Assembly: GCA_035699445.1 (NCBI GenBank)
Contig: DASSPX010000132.1
Span: 299-64,298, forward strand
DNA: 64,000 nt
DNA from: Candidatus Limnocylindrales bacterium
Lineage (GTDB): Bacteria > Chloroflexota > Limnocylindria > Limnocylindrales > CSP1-4
Direction of reading: 5' to 3'
The notes under the pieces were generated by a model. That model saw only the letters and a list, made by a program, of their open reading frames with translations. It ran no database searches and was not told the DNA's origin. The stretch's first letter is position 1, and each line of letters begins with the position of its first letter. Below, piece by piece: positions 33,374 through 41,275 of the stretch. The position numbers and the translations under genes were made by a program.

Positions 33374-34228
33374 GTGGCCTCGATGATCGGCCGGCCGTTC
33401 CTCACCACCCGCCCCGTCCGCAAGGACGAGTACGAGCTGTCCGATCGCGGGCTGTACGTCGAGGCGTGGCTGCCCGAGCGCCGGTCGCGGCGGCGACCGC
33501 TGCTGTTCGTCCATGGCGAGTTGAGCGGTTCCTGGCTGTGGGAGCGGTACCTCCATCACTTCGCCGCCCGCGGCTGGGAAGGCCACGCCCTCAACCTGCG
33601 CAACCACTTCTGGTCGCAGACCGAGGACCCCGCGTTGCTTTCGTTCGAGAGCTACGTGGAGGACGTCGTCGCGGCGATCGAGCGGCTGGGGGCGGGCACG
33701 GTCGTGATCGGCCACGGCATGGGCGGCCTGCTCGCCCTCAAGGCGATGGAGCGCGTGCCCGTCGGCGGCTACGTCCTGATCGCGCCCGCGTCGCCACGCG
33801 ACATTCGAGAGCCGGCGCGCCCGTACGAGGTGCGTGAGGTGCCCGACGTGTATGGCCGATCGGTCCTCGGGTGGGACACCCTGCCGGAGAAGCTCCAGCG
33901 CGACCATCCCGATCTCACGCTCCCCGACGTCCTCCGGATCCAGCATCTCCTGGGCCAGAAGCCGCGCGAGTCGGGCGCCGCGCGACGGCAGATGCTGACG
34001 GGGGTCCGCGTCGATCGCGGCGCCCTCCCGGACGTGCCGGGCCTGGTGATCGCGGGCGGGCTCGACCGGTACGTGCCGGTGGGGGAGACGGAGCGACTCG
34101 CCGAGTGGCTGGGCGCCGAGTTCGAGCCGTTCGGGGCGCACTCGCACTTCGGCCTGATCGCCGGCGAGGAGAGCTACGAGCAGGTCGCGGAGACCGTCCG
34201 CGCGTTCCTCGACACCCACCGGCTGTAG
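33374..34228 (+). CDS. Alpha/beta-fold hydrolase-like protein with Gly at the nucleophile position
   Basis: 284 aa. LLFVHGELSGSW, nucleophile elbow VIGHGMGGLLA (expected GHSMGG), later GGLDRYVP and GAHSHFGL (Asp/His positions retained). Confidence 0.8.
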   Translation: MASMIGRPFLTTRPVRKDEYELSDRGLYVEAWLPERRSRRRPLLFVHGELSGSWLWERYLHHFAARGWEGHALNLRNHFWSQTEDPALLSFESYVEDVVAAIERLGAGTVVIGHGMGGLLALKAMERVPVGGYVLIAPASPRDIREPARPYEVREVPDVYGRSVLGWDTLPEKLQRDHPDLTLPDVLRIQHLLGQKPRESGAARRQMLTGVRVDRGALPDVPGLVIAGGLDRYVPVGETERLAEWLGAEFEPFGAHSHFGLIAGEESYEQVAETVRAFLDTHRL

Positions 34229-34308
34229 GACGCCGGCGGGGGAGGGGGCCGGTTGCAGCCTCGCGAAGCCCTTTGGTACCCTACGCGACCGGTCACACGA
34301 CCCTTCGT

Positions 34309-34385
34309 GCCGCATTCGTCTAGAGGCCTAGGACACCGCCCTCTCAAGGCGGAGATCACCGGTTCGAATCCGGTATGCGGTACCA
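34309..34385 (+). tRNA. tRNA-Glu (anticodon CUC)
   Basis: Cloverleaf read by eye. Acceptor GCCGCAT/ATGCGGT (G1-U72), D arm GTCT..GGAC, anticodon stem CCGCC/GGCGG with loop CT-CTC-AA (anticodon 34343-34345), T arm ACCGG-TTCGAAT-CCGGT. CCA is encoded. Confidence 0.9.
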
Positions 34386-34399
34386 ACTTCGCCAGTATC

Positions 34400-34434
34400 G
34401 GCCCGATCCACGCCCGGATCGGGCCTCTCCTTGT
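34400..34434 (+). terminator. Terminator hairpin after tRNA-Glu
   Basis: GGCCCGATCC (34400-34409) pairs with GGATCGGGCC (34416-34425). Loop is 6 nt, followed by TCTCCTTGT. Confidence 0.5.
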
Positions 34435-34546
34435 CCGGCGAGGGGCTTCTGGGCCCGTATCGCCGCGTGCCGCTCGCAACGTGGGCCTCCACGCGCCCGT
34501 CACCGCCGCACCACATGTCGGCGAGAAGGGTGCGGGCCGGGCTCTC

Positions 34547-34636
34547 ATTGATGTACTTCGGCCGCGTCATTTCGAGCAGGCCCTCGACGCCGTGGGTGCG
34601 GCCGTAGCCGCTGCTCTTGACACCGCCCCACGGCGC
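34547..34636 (-). pseudogene. Relic of the C-terminus of an aldehyde dehydrogenase (about 30 codons)
   Basis: The minus frame reads APWGGVKSSGYGRTHGVEGLLEMTRPKYIN. This matches the conserved ALDH C-terminal block (PFGG-K-SG-GRE-G..GL..Y...K). No upstream ALDH body exists: the cyclase gene starts at 34690 on the other strand. Confidence 0.45.
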
Positions 34637-34674
34637 GTCGGGTTTCCGATTCGGGGTTGGCGACCGCGCGGTCG

Positions 34675-34680
34675 TAAGAT
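34675..34680 (+). promoter_or_regulatory. Candidate -10 box TAAGAT for the cyclase gene (near-leaderless)
   Basis: TAAGAT ends 9 nt before the GTG at 34690. Confidence 0.25.
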
Positions 34681-34689
34681 GGTCGCCCG

Positions 34690-36573
34690 GTGAGCGCCCA
34701 GTCCCCGCCCCAGACGTGCCCTCGCTGCGAGGCATCCGTGTCGGCGGACGCGCGCTTCTGCGCGAACTGCGGCCAGGCACTGACAGGGATCCCGGAAGCC
34801 GACGACACCGTGCAGGCCCGCCTCCGGGCGTCGGCGCCTGCGCCACTCGTCGACCGGATGCGTTCAGCGCGGATGACCGGCGAGCGCAAACCCATGACGG
34901 CGCTGTTCGCCGACGTGGTCGGCTCGACCACCCTCGCCGAGCAGATGGACCCCGAGGACTGGACGGCCATCATCAACGAGGCGTTCGACCTCATGTCGCG
35001 CGCCGTCTTCCGCTATGAGGGCACGATCGCGCAGCTCCAGGGCGATGCGATGCTTGCCTTCTTCGGCGCACCGGTGGCGCACGAGGACGATCCCGAACGC
35101 GCCGTGTTCGCGGCGCTGGACATGCTCGCTGCGACCGACGAATTCGCCCGCCAGCTCAAGGCGACCCACGGCATCGACTTTCGGATCCGGGCCGGCGTCA
35201 ACACCGGCCCGGTCATGGTCGGCAACGTCGGCTCTGACCTGCGCTACGAGTACACGGCCCTCGGCGACGCGGTCAACGTCGCGGCACGGATGCAGACCGC
35301 GGCACAGCCGGGAACGATCCTGATCACGGAGGCCACCCGCCGCCTGACCGGGGACACGTTCGAGCTCGAGGACCTCGGTGCGATCGAAGTCAAGGGCAAG
35401 GCCGATCCGGTCCATGCGTTCCGGGTCATCGGGCGCAAGGCCGCCGCGGCCGCGCGGCGCGGGCTCGTGGCGGTCGGGCTCGACAGCCCGATGGTCGGCC
35501 GCGACGAGCCGCTCAGGCAGCTCGAGGCCCTGTTCGAGGTCGTCCGCACCCGTCGAGGGCGGGTGGCGTTCCTGGTGGGCGAGCCGGGGATCGGCAAGAG
35601 CCGACTTGTCGCCGAGCTGCGCGCCCGGCTGGCGCCGGCAGATCGGGGCGCCGAGGGGCGCGTGCCGGCGGCGGCCACCCAGGATGCGCTCGTGACGTGG
35701 GTCGAGGGTCGTTGCGTCTCATACGGCCGCAACCTCCCGTATCACCTGCTGATCGATGTCGTCCGGTCGCTGCTCAACCTCCCGTTCGTGGCATCCGAGG
35801 CAGAGACCCGGGCAACGCTCGACCGCGAGCTGGCGTCCCTCCTGGGCGACCGCGAGTGGATCGCCGACACGGCGCCCTATCTCGCCCACCTCCTCGCCCT
35901 GCCCCTCCGTCCCGACGAGGCCGAGCGAGCGAACCTCGAGGGTGCGACGATCCAGGGCCGGTACGTCGCGGCCGCGCACCGTCTGCTGCGGGCACTCGCT
36001 GCGCGCGGGCCGGTCGTCCTGGTCTGCGAGGATCTCCACTGGGCCGATCCCGCCTCGATCGAGGTCGTCCGGCAGCTTCTGCCGCTCACCTCGCAGCTCC
36101 CGATCCTGTTCCTGGCGGCCCTGCGAGCCGACACCGACTCGGCAGGCTGGCCGCTGATCGGCCATGCACGCGAGCTGTTCGGTGATGCGCTCGTCGAGCT
36201 TCGGCTCGAGCCGCTGTCGGAGGCGGAGAGCCGGGCGCTGGTCGCCAACCTCCTGGAGATCGAGTCGCTGCCCGGCCACGTGCGCGGTCTCATCCTGTCC
36301 CGCGCGGAAGGCAACCCGTTCTTCGTGGAGGAGGTCGTCCGCATGCTGATCGAGCGGGGTGTCATCGTCGCTCGCGGTGATCAGTGGGTTGCCACCGGCG
36401 ACATCGACACGGTCGAGATCCCGGAGACGCTGCACGGCCTGCTCCTGGCCCGCATCGACCAGCTGCCTGTCTCGGCCAAGCGAAGTCTCCGTGTCGCCGC
36501 CGTGATCGGGCGGCAGTTCCCGCTGCGCGTGCTCGACCGCGTCCTCAGCGCAACCGAAGCGGCCCCCGAATGA
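34690..36573 (+). CDS. Zinc-ribbon / class III adenylate-guanylate cyclase / AAA (STAND-type) ATPase protein, N-terminal part of a split gene
   Basis: CPRCEASVSADARFCANCG; cyclase core RKPMTALFADVVGSTTL...QLQGDAMLAFFGAP...RAGVNTGPVMVGNVG...YTALGDAVNVAARM; Walker A GEPGIGKSRL. Ends AAPE-stop at 36571-36573. Confidence 0.85.
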   Translation: MSAQSPPQTCPRCEASVSADARFCANCGQALTGIPEADDTVQARLRASAPAPLVDRMRSARMTGERKPMTALFADVVGSTTLAEQMDPEDWTAIINEAFDLMSRAVFRYEGTIAQLQGDAMLAFFGAPVAHEDDPERAVFAALDMLAATDEFARQLKATHGIDFRIRAGVNTGPVMVGNVGSDLRYEYTALGDAVNVAARMQTAAQPGTILITEATRRLTGDTFELEDLGAIEVKGKADPVHAFRVIGRKAAAAARRGLVAVGLDSPMVGRDEPLRQLEALFEVVRTRRGRVAFLVGEPGIGKSRLVAELRARLAPADRGAEGRVPAAATQDALVTWVEGRCVSYGRNLPYHLLIDVVRSLLNLPFVASEAETRATLDRELASLLGDREWIADTAPYLAHLLALPLRPDEAERANLEGATIQGRYVAAAHRLLRALAARGPVVLVCEDLHWADPASIEVVRQLLPLTSQLPILFLAALRADTDSAGWPLIGHARELFGDALVELRLEPLSEAESRALVANLLEIESLPGHVRGLILSRAEGNPFFVEEVVRMLIERGVIVARGDQWVATGDIDTVEIPETLHGLLLARIDQLPVSAKRSLRVAAVIGRQFPLRVLDRVLSATEAAPE

Positions 36574-38132
36574 GCGAGCCGACGAGCGAGCCGCGGCTCG
36601 GAATCGACACCTCGAACCTCGACGCGCCGAGCGCGACGCAGATCGACACGCTCGAGGCCAAGGGGTTGGTCCGGCTGGCCGCGGTCCAGCCCGAGCTCGA
36701 GTACCTGTTCCGGCACTGGCTCGTGCAGGACGCGGCCTACGGCTCCCTGCTCAAGCAGGAGCGACGCGACCTGCACGCCCGGGTGGGTGAGGTGCTCGAG
36801 GACCTCTACCCGGAGCGGCGGGCGGAGCTCGCCGCGGTCCTGGCGATGCATTTCGAGGTTGCCGGGGAGACCGCGAAGGCCATCGAGTACCACCTTGCCG
36901 CGGGGGACTACGGCATCCAGCGCAACGCCTTCGCAGAGGCCTTCTCCGCGTTCGACCGAGCGGCCGCGCTGCTGCCGCCGCCCTCCGTCTCCGATACCGA
37001 AGCCACGCGGCATCGCCGGGTGAGGATCCTGCTCGGTCGCGCCGAGGCGGGCTACAGCTTCCGGCCGCCCGCCGACACGCTGTCCGAACTCGAGGCGATC
37101 GCCCCGGACGCTGCGCAGCTCTCGGAGCGCGAGCTGGAAGCGCGCGTCCACACCCTGATCGCTCTCGGCCGGCTGCTGGAAGGCGATTCCCCGTCCGACC
37201 CCGCCGTCCGCCGATCGCTTGACCGTATCGCCGAGATCGGCGACCGGATTGGCGACGCGTCGTTGCGGGCCCTGCCACTCGCCCTGGTCGGCATGAACGA
37301 CGTCTTCGCGGGCTCGATCCGGAACGGCGTGGCGACGCTGGAGGAGGCGGTCCCACTGCTGGATCAGCGACACGACTCGATCGGCGCGGCGTTCACCCGA
37401 GGGGCGCTGGCGATCGGACTCGCGCGTCTCGGCGAGTTCGCCAGGGCCGAGGAGGCCGTGCGTCGAGCCAACGAGATCGCCGAGAGTGGTGACCTGATCG
37501 CCAAGCTCGATGCGCTCATCGCCGAGTCGCTGGTCCGCTCGGAGAAGGGGGAGCTCGACGCGGCCGTGCCCCTTGCCCAGACGTGCGTGACCAAGTCGGA
37601 GGAGTCGGGCGCAACCGCATGCATCCTGGCCAGCTCCTGGATCCTCGGCGACGCCTACCACCGACAGGGCAGGTTCGCGGAGGCACGCGACGCGCTCCAG
37701 CGCGGGACGCAGATCTCGCAGGTCGTCGAGCGCAAGGTGTGGCGGCCGACCCTGCAGGCATGGCTGGGCGCGACGGCCGTCGCGCTGGGAGGACCCGGGA
37801 GCACCGACTGGGATGAGGCGCTGGCCACGGCGCGCTCGATCCACAACCGTCACGGTGAGGCCGGCATCCTCGCGAAGCGCGGAGAGGCAACGGCCGCTCG
37901 GGGCGAGATCGAGGCGGCACTTGCGGACTTCGAGGCAGCCTCGTCCATCCTCGAGGAGGAAGGCGCACGGCCCGCGCTCGCGCGCGTGCTCCGCGGGTGG
38001 GGCGGCGTGCTCCACGCCGTGGGGCGGTCGAGCGAGGCCTCGCCGATCCTGCGCCGGGCCCACGCCCTGTTCGAGGAGCTCGGCCTCGATGCCGAGGCTG
38101 CAGCGGTCGAGGCGGTGCTGGCTTCGTTCTGA
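36570..38132 (+). CDS. Winged-helix-like plus TPR C-terminal part of the same cyclase/STAND architecture (separate ORF, -1 frame)
   Basis: The ATG at 36570 overlaps the upstream stop (ATGA). LEAKGLVRLAAVQPELEYLFRHWLVQDAAYGSLL is followed by TPR-like repeats. In single-chain homologues as I recall them, this follows the ATPase directly. Confidence 0.75.
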   Translation: MSEPTSEPRLGIDTSNLDAPSATQIDTLEAKGLVRLAAVQPELEYLFRHWLVQDAAYGSLLKQERRDLHARVGEVLEDLYPERRAELAAVLAMHFEVAGETAKAIEYHLAAGDYGIQRNAFAEAFSAFDRAAALLPPPSVSDTEATRHRRVRILLGRAEAGYSFRPPADTLSELEAIAPDAAQLSERELEARVHTLIALGRLLEGDSPSDPAVRRSLDRIAEIGDRIGDASLRALPLALVGMNDVFAGSIRNGVATLEEAVPLLDQRHDSIGAAFTRGALAIGLARLGEFARAEEAVRRANEIAESGDLIAKLDALIAESLVRSEKGELDAAVPLAQTCVTKSEESGATACILASSWILGDAYHRQGRFAEARDALQRGTQISQVVERKVWRPTLQAWLGATAVALGGPGSTDWDEALATARSIHNRHGEAGILAKRGEATAARGEIEAALADFEAASSILEEEGARPALARVLRGWGGVLHAVGRSSEASPILRRAHALFEELGLDAEAAAVEAVLASF

Positions 38133-38240
38133 GCCCGGCGGAGGATGACCGCCGCCACCTCGATGCCCATCACGCTCGCGCACGAGCACGAACCCTGGCG
38201 GCGCCGCACCGGCTGAGCAGACACGGGGGTCCAGAGCTGG

Positions 38241-40094
38241 ATGACCATCTCGTTCGCCACTCGACTCGCCGACATCCGGGGGCGTCTGGATCAGCCCGAT
38301 GGCACGGGTCTGCGACTCCAGCGCCTCCATCTCCTGGACGGCATCACGGACGAGATGGAGGAGCACGTCGATTCGGCGTCCGATCCGGAGCGACCGATCG
38401 AGGATCCATCGCTCGTCGAGGAGCTCGAGCGGATGGTGGACTTCCTGGGCGGACCGTGGGTCGGCACGGCTCCCGAGGCGCAGGGCCGGCGCGTGCGCCT
38501 GGTCGAGCTGCTGCGTCGGGCAGACCGTGGCCGCCTTCCGCTGCGGGCGTTCGATCCAGCGGATGCCTTCGGCGCGGACATGCAGACGATGCTCGCCACC
38601 GATGCCGAGCTGCGCGAGACACTCGGCCGGCTGTTCCCCCTGGCCGCCCGGGCAACGGCTGTCGCGCCGTCCGCGCGCTGGGTCGCGGACGCCCGCGCCG
38701 CATTGCCGCCCGGTGATCCCGGGACCGACCGGGCGACGGCCGCGATCCAGCGGACCCTCGCGGCCCTCGTCCGGGCCGACATCGTCAGCCGCCCGGACCT
38801 TCTCGTCGGCGGCGTGCGGCTGATCAACCAGCGACTCGCGCGCGGCCTGCTGTGGCTCGCGGCCGTGGTCCTGCCGGCACCGGCCGGGCTCCTGGGCGCG
38901 GTCGGGCTCCGCATGGGCACGTCCGGCCGCAGGGACGCCGTCGTCCGTGACACCGCCCTCGCCAACACGTGCGCGGCGCTCCTGGGAGCGTCGAGTGATC
39001 CTGCCGCGCCCGCCGCGCTCGGGTCCATGCGCGTCCGGGTCACGAACCGCAACGTCCTCAAGCAGGTCGACCGGGCGCTCGACGAGGTGGCAGCCCGGTC
39101 GGGGATGTCGGTCGAGGACGTGGTCGAGCTCGCGCTGCCGACCTTCGACCTCGACGAGCATCGCCGGGTCGAGGTCCCGGTGGGCGACGCCCGTGCCGTG
39201 ATCGAGGTCGTGGATGACGGCGAGGTGCGATCGCACTGGCTGCTGCCGGACGGGGCCCGTGCGGCAGTGCCGCCGGCCGAGCTCGCGGCAGCGGAACCGG
39301 GCGCGGTGGCGGCGGTCGCGACGCTCGTGAGGGAGATCGAGACCACTGTCGTCGAGGAGCGGCGCCGGATGGAGGACAGGCTGGCCTCCACGCGTGCCTG
39401 GCCCGAGTCGACGTGGCGCGCCCGCTTCTACCACCATCCCATCGGCGGCCTGTTCGGGCGCCGGCTCATCTGGACCGTGAGCTCGCCCGGGGGACCCGAC
39501 GAGGCGGCGATGGCGGCCTCCAACGGGTGGCAGGGACTCGACGGACAGCGGTCCGCCGGTGGGTCCGGCACGCTCGTTCGGCTCTGGCACCCCGTCGATG
39601 CGGATCCCGCGGACGTCATGGCATGGCAGGGCCAGCTCGTGACGGCCACGGTGCAGCAGCCCGTTCGCCAGGTCGATCGCGAGCGATTCCGGCCGCTCGA
39701 GGCAGATCTCGGGCTCGCCGCGGATCGGCGGTTCGCCGGGCGCGTCGTCGACCACGGCAAGCTGCGCGCCATCCTGCGGCAGCGCGGCTGGGCGACGCCG
39801 TTCGTCGGTTCGTGGGACCAGGGCGAGGAGGCGACGGCGTGGCGGGCGTTCGACGACGGGCTCCGGGCCGAGCTGCACTATCAGGCGGTCGAGCGACTCG
39901 CCACGGGGGAGCGGCACGAGCGGGTCCGCCTCGTCGCCGTGCGGTTCGTCCATGCCCCGGCGGCGGCACCCGCCGCGCCGGCAGCGACAGCGATCCCGGT
40001 CCGGCTCGAGGACGTGCCGCCCCGGGTCTTCTCGGAGGCGATCCGCGACGTCAGCCTCGTCGTCACCGTGGCCGAGGGTGGCTCGACGGCCTGA
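38241..40094 (+). CDS. DUF4132 domain protein (MolR-like C-terminal domain)
   Basis: 617 aa. C-terminal block VRLWHPVDADPADVMAWQGQLVTATVQQPVRQVDRERF resembles the DUF4132 core. The N-terminal part is unassigned. Confidence 0.7.
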   Translation: MTISFATRLADIRGRLDQPDGTGLRLQRLHLLDGITDEMEEHVDSASDPERPIEDPSLVEELERMVDFLGGPWVGTAPEAQGRRVRLVELLRRADRGRLPLRAFDPADAFGADMQTMLATDAELRETLGRLFPLAARATAVAPSARWVADARAALPPGDPGTDRATAAIQRTLAALVRADIVSRPDLLVGGVRLINQRLARGLLWLAAVVLPAPAGLLGAVGLRMGTSGRRDAVVRDTALANTCAALLGASSDPAAPAALGSMRVRVTNRNVLKQVDRALDEVAARSGMSVEDVVELALPTFDLDEHRRVEVPVGDARAVIEVVDDGEVRSHWLLPDGARAAVPPAELAAAEPGAVAAVATLVREIETTVVEERRRMEDRLASTRAWPESTWRARFYHHPIGGLFGRRLIWTVSSPGGPDEAAMAASNGWQGLDGQRSAGGSGTLVRLWHPVDADPADVMAWQGQLVTATVQQPVRQVDRERFRPLEADLGLAADRRFAGRVVDHGKLRAILRQRGWATPFVGSWDQGEEATAWRAFDDGLRAELHYQAVERLATGERHERVRLVAVRFVHAPAAAPAAPAATAIPVRLEDVPPRVFSEAIRDVSLVVTVAEGGSTA

Positions 40095-40178
40095 GGCGTC
40101 GTCGCGCATGGAGCTGCGCCCACGGTACGAGAGGCGATCCTGGGGCCATCCGAGGCGTGCCCTGCTGACAGTTGACGC

Positions 40179-40868
40179 GTGGGGCACCATCGGCGTGTGG
40201 CGACACCCCGACGTCGGTCCTGCTGCGACGACGATCTGGCGCGCCTGGGTTACGACGGGCTCAACGCCGGCTCCGACCTCCAGCGCTGGCATGAAGGGCG
40301 GCTCTTCCAGCCGACACGGGAGCTCATCGAGATCATCCAGCGCCACGGTGTCGAGGGAGCGCGACTGCTCGATATCGGTGCCGGCGTCGGCGCGGTTCAC
40401 GTGGCACTGCTCGAGTCAGGCGCCGCGGCCGCAGTCGACGTTGACGCCTCGCGCGAGTTCCTGGCGACTGCCCGGGCAGAGGCCGAGCGCCGCGGCCTGC
40501 AGGGGCGGATTGAGTATCGGTACGGTGACGTCGTGGAGCTTGCCGATGAGCTGCCGCCAGCCGACATCGTCACGCTCGACTCGGTGATCTGCTGCAATCC
40601 GCTCCTCGAGCCGCTGCTCGCAGCCGCGACGCGCGGGAGGCCCCGTCTGGTCGGCATCACCTACCCGCGTGACGCGTGGTGGATGCGCGCCTACATGCGG
40701 CTCTACAACCTGGTACACGCGGTCCGGCGCAGCCCATCGCGCTACTTCGTCCACCGGCACGCGGACCTCGAGCGATGGATGACGGCAGCGAGGTACCGGA
40801 ACGTCCACGAAGGCGGGATCCCCGCGTGGCGGGTCGTCCTGTATCAGCGCGTGGCCCAGGCAGCATGA
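40179..40868 (+). CDS. Class I SAM-dependent methyltransferase
   Basis: 229 aa. N-terminal CC motif, then motif I RLLDIGAGVGAVHVALL and DVVTLDSVICC. Confidence 0.8.
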   Translation: MGHHRRVATPRRRSCCDDDLARLGYDGLNAGSDLQRWHEGRLFQPTRELIEIIQRHGVEGARLLDIGAGVGAVHVALLESGAAAAVDVDASREFLATARAEAERRGLQGRIEYRYGDVVELADELPPADIVTLDSVICCNPLLEPLLAAATRGRPRLVGITYPRDAWWMRAYMRLYNLVHAVRRSPSRYFVHRHADLERWMTAARYRNVHEGGIPAWRVVLYQRVAQAA

Positions 40869-41010
40869 CGACCTACCGCCTCGCCACATCGGCGGAGGCC
40901 GGCGGCAGGACCAGCGAGGGCTGACGAGCGACGCGGGCGGTCGGCCGTGCCGCTCAGGCAGCCGCCCGCGTGCGCGCCATGCACCAGTGGTCGCCTTGGC
41001 CGGACCAGCC

Positions 41011-41025
41011 GTGCACCCGGTGCAC
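41011..41025. promoter_or_regulatory. Operator-like dyad GTGCAC-N3-GTGCAC (site 1)
   Basis: GTGCACCCGGTGCAC read directly. It lies in the 407-bp non-coding gap upstream of the DUF1611 gene. Confidence 0.35.
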
Positions 41026-41111
41026 ATCCTGCCCCTGGAGGGCGCTCGCACGCCCGCTCCGGAATCCGATGCGCGCCACGCACACGTTCTGTCGCTTCGA
41101 CCGGACAGGTG

Positions 41112-41126
41112 GTGCACCATGTGCAC
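41112..41126. promoter_or_regulatory. Operator-like dyad GTGCAC-N3-GTGCAC (site 2)
   Basis: GTGCACCATGTGCAC read directly, 101 bp downstream of site 1. Confidence 0.35.
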
Positions 41127-41239
41127 GGCCGACGGCCGGACGAGCCGGTCGGGTCCGCACGCGGCGTTCGCTATCCTTGCTCGCACCTCGCGCCTTCCCC
41201 CACGCCCCCGGACCGCGCCCCGGGGGCGTTCTTCCTGTC

Positions 41240-41245
41240 TAGACT
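41240..41245 (+). promoter_or_regulatory. Candidate -10 box TAGACT for the DUF1611-epimerase operon
   Basis: TAGACT lies 30 nt upstream of the ATG at 41276, with GGGGAGG as SD in between. Confidence 0.3.
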
Positions 41246-41275
41246 CCGCCGGGGGGCCGCGACAGGGGAGGTTCC

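Noticed and set aside
40954-41160. 68-aa minus-strand ORF (…VRSKRQNVCVARIGFRSGRASALQGQDVHRVHGWSGQGDHWCMARTRAAA) as a gene or gene relic in the 407-bp gap
   Set aside because: GC3 is high only in its 3' two-thirds. There is no start context or recognisable family. It is too short to judge. It overlaps the GTGCAC dyads, so it remains an alternative explanation for them, but I cannot support a CDS call.
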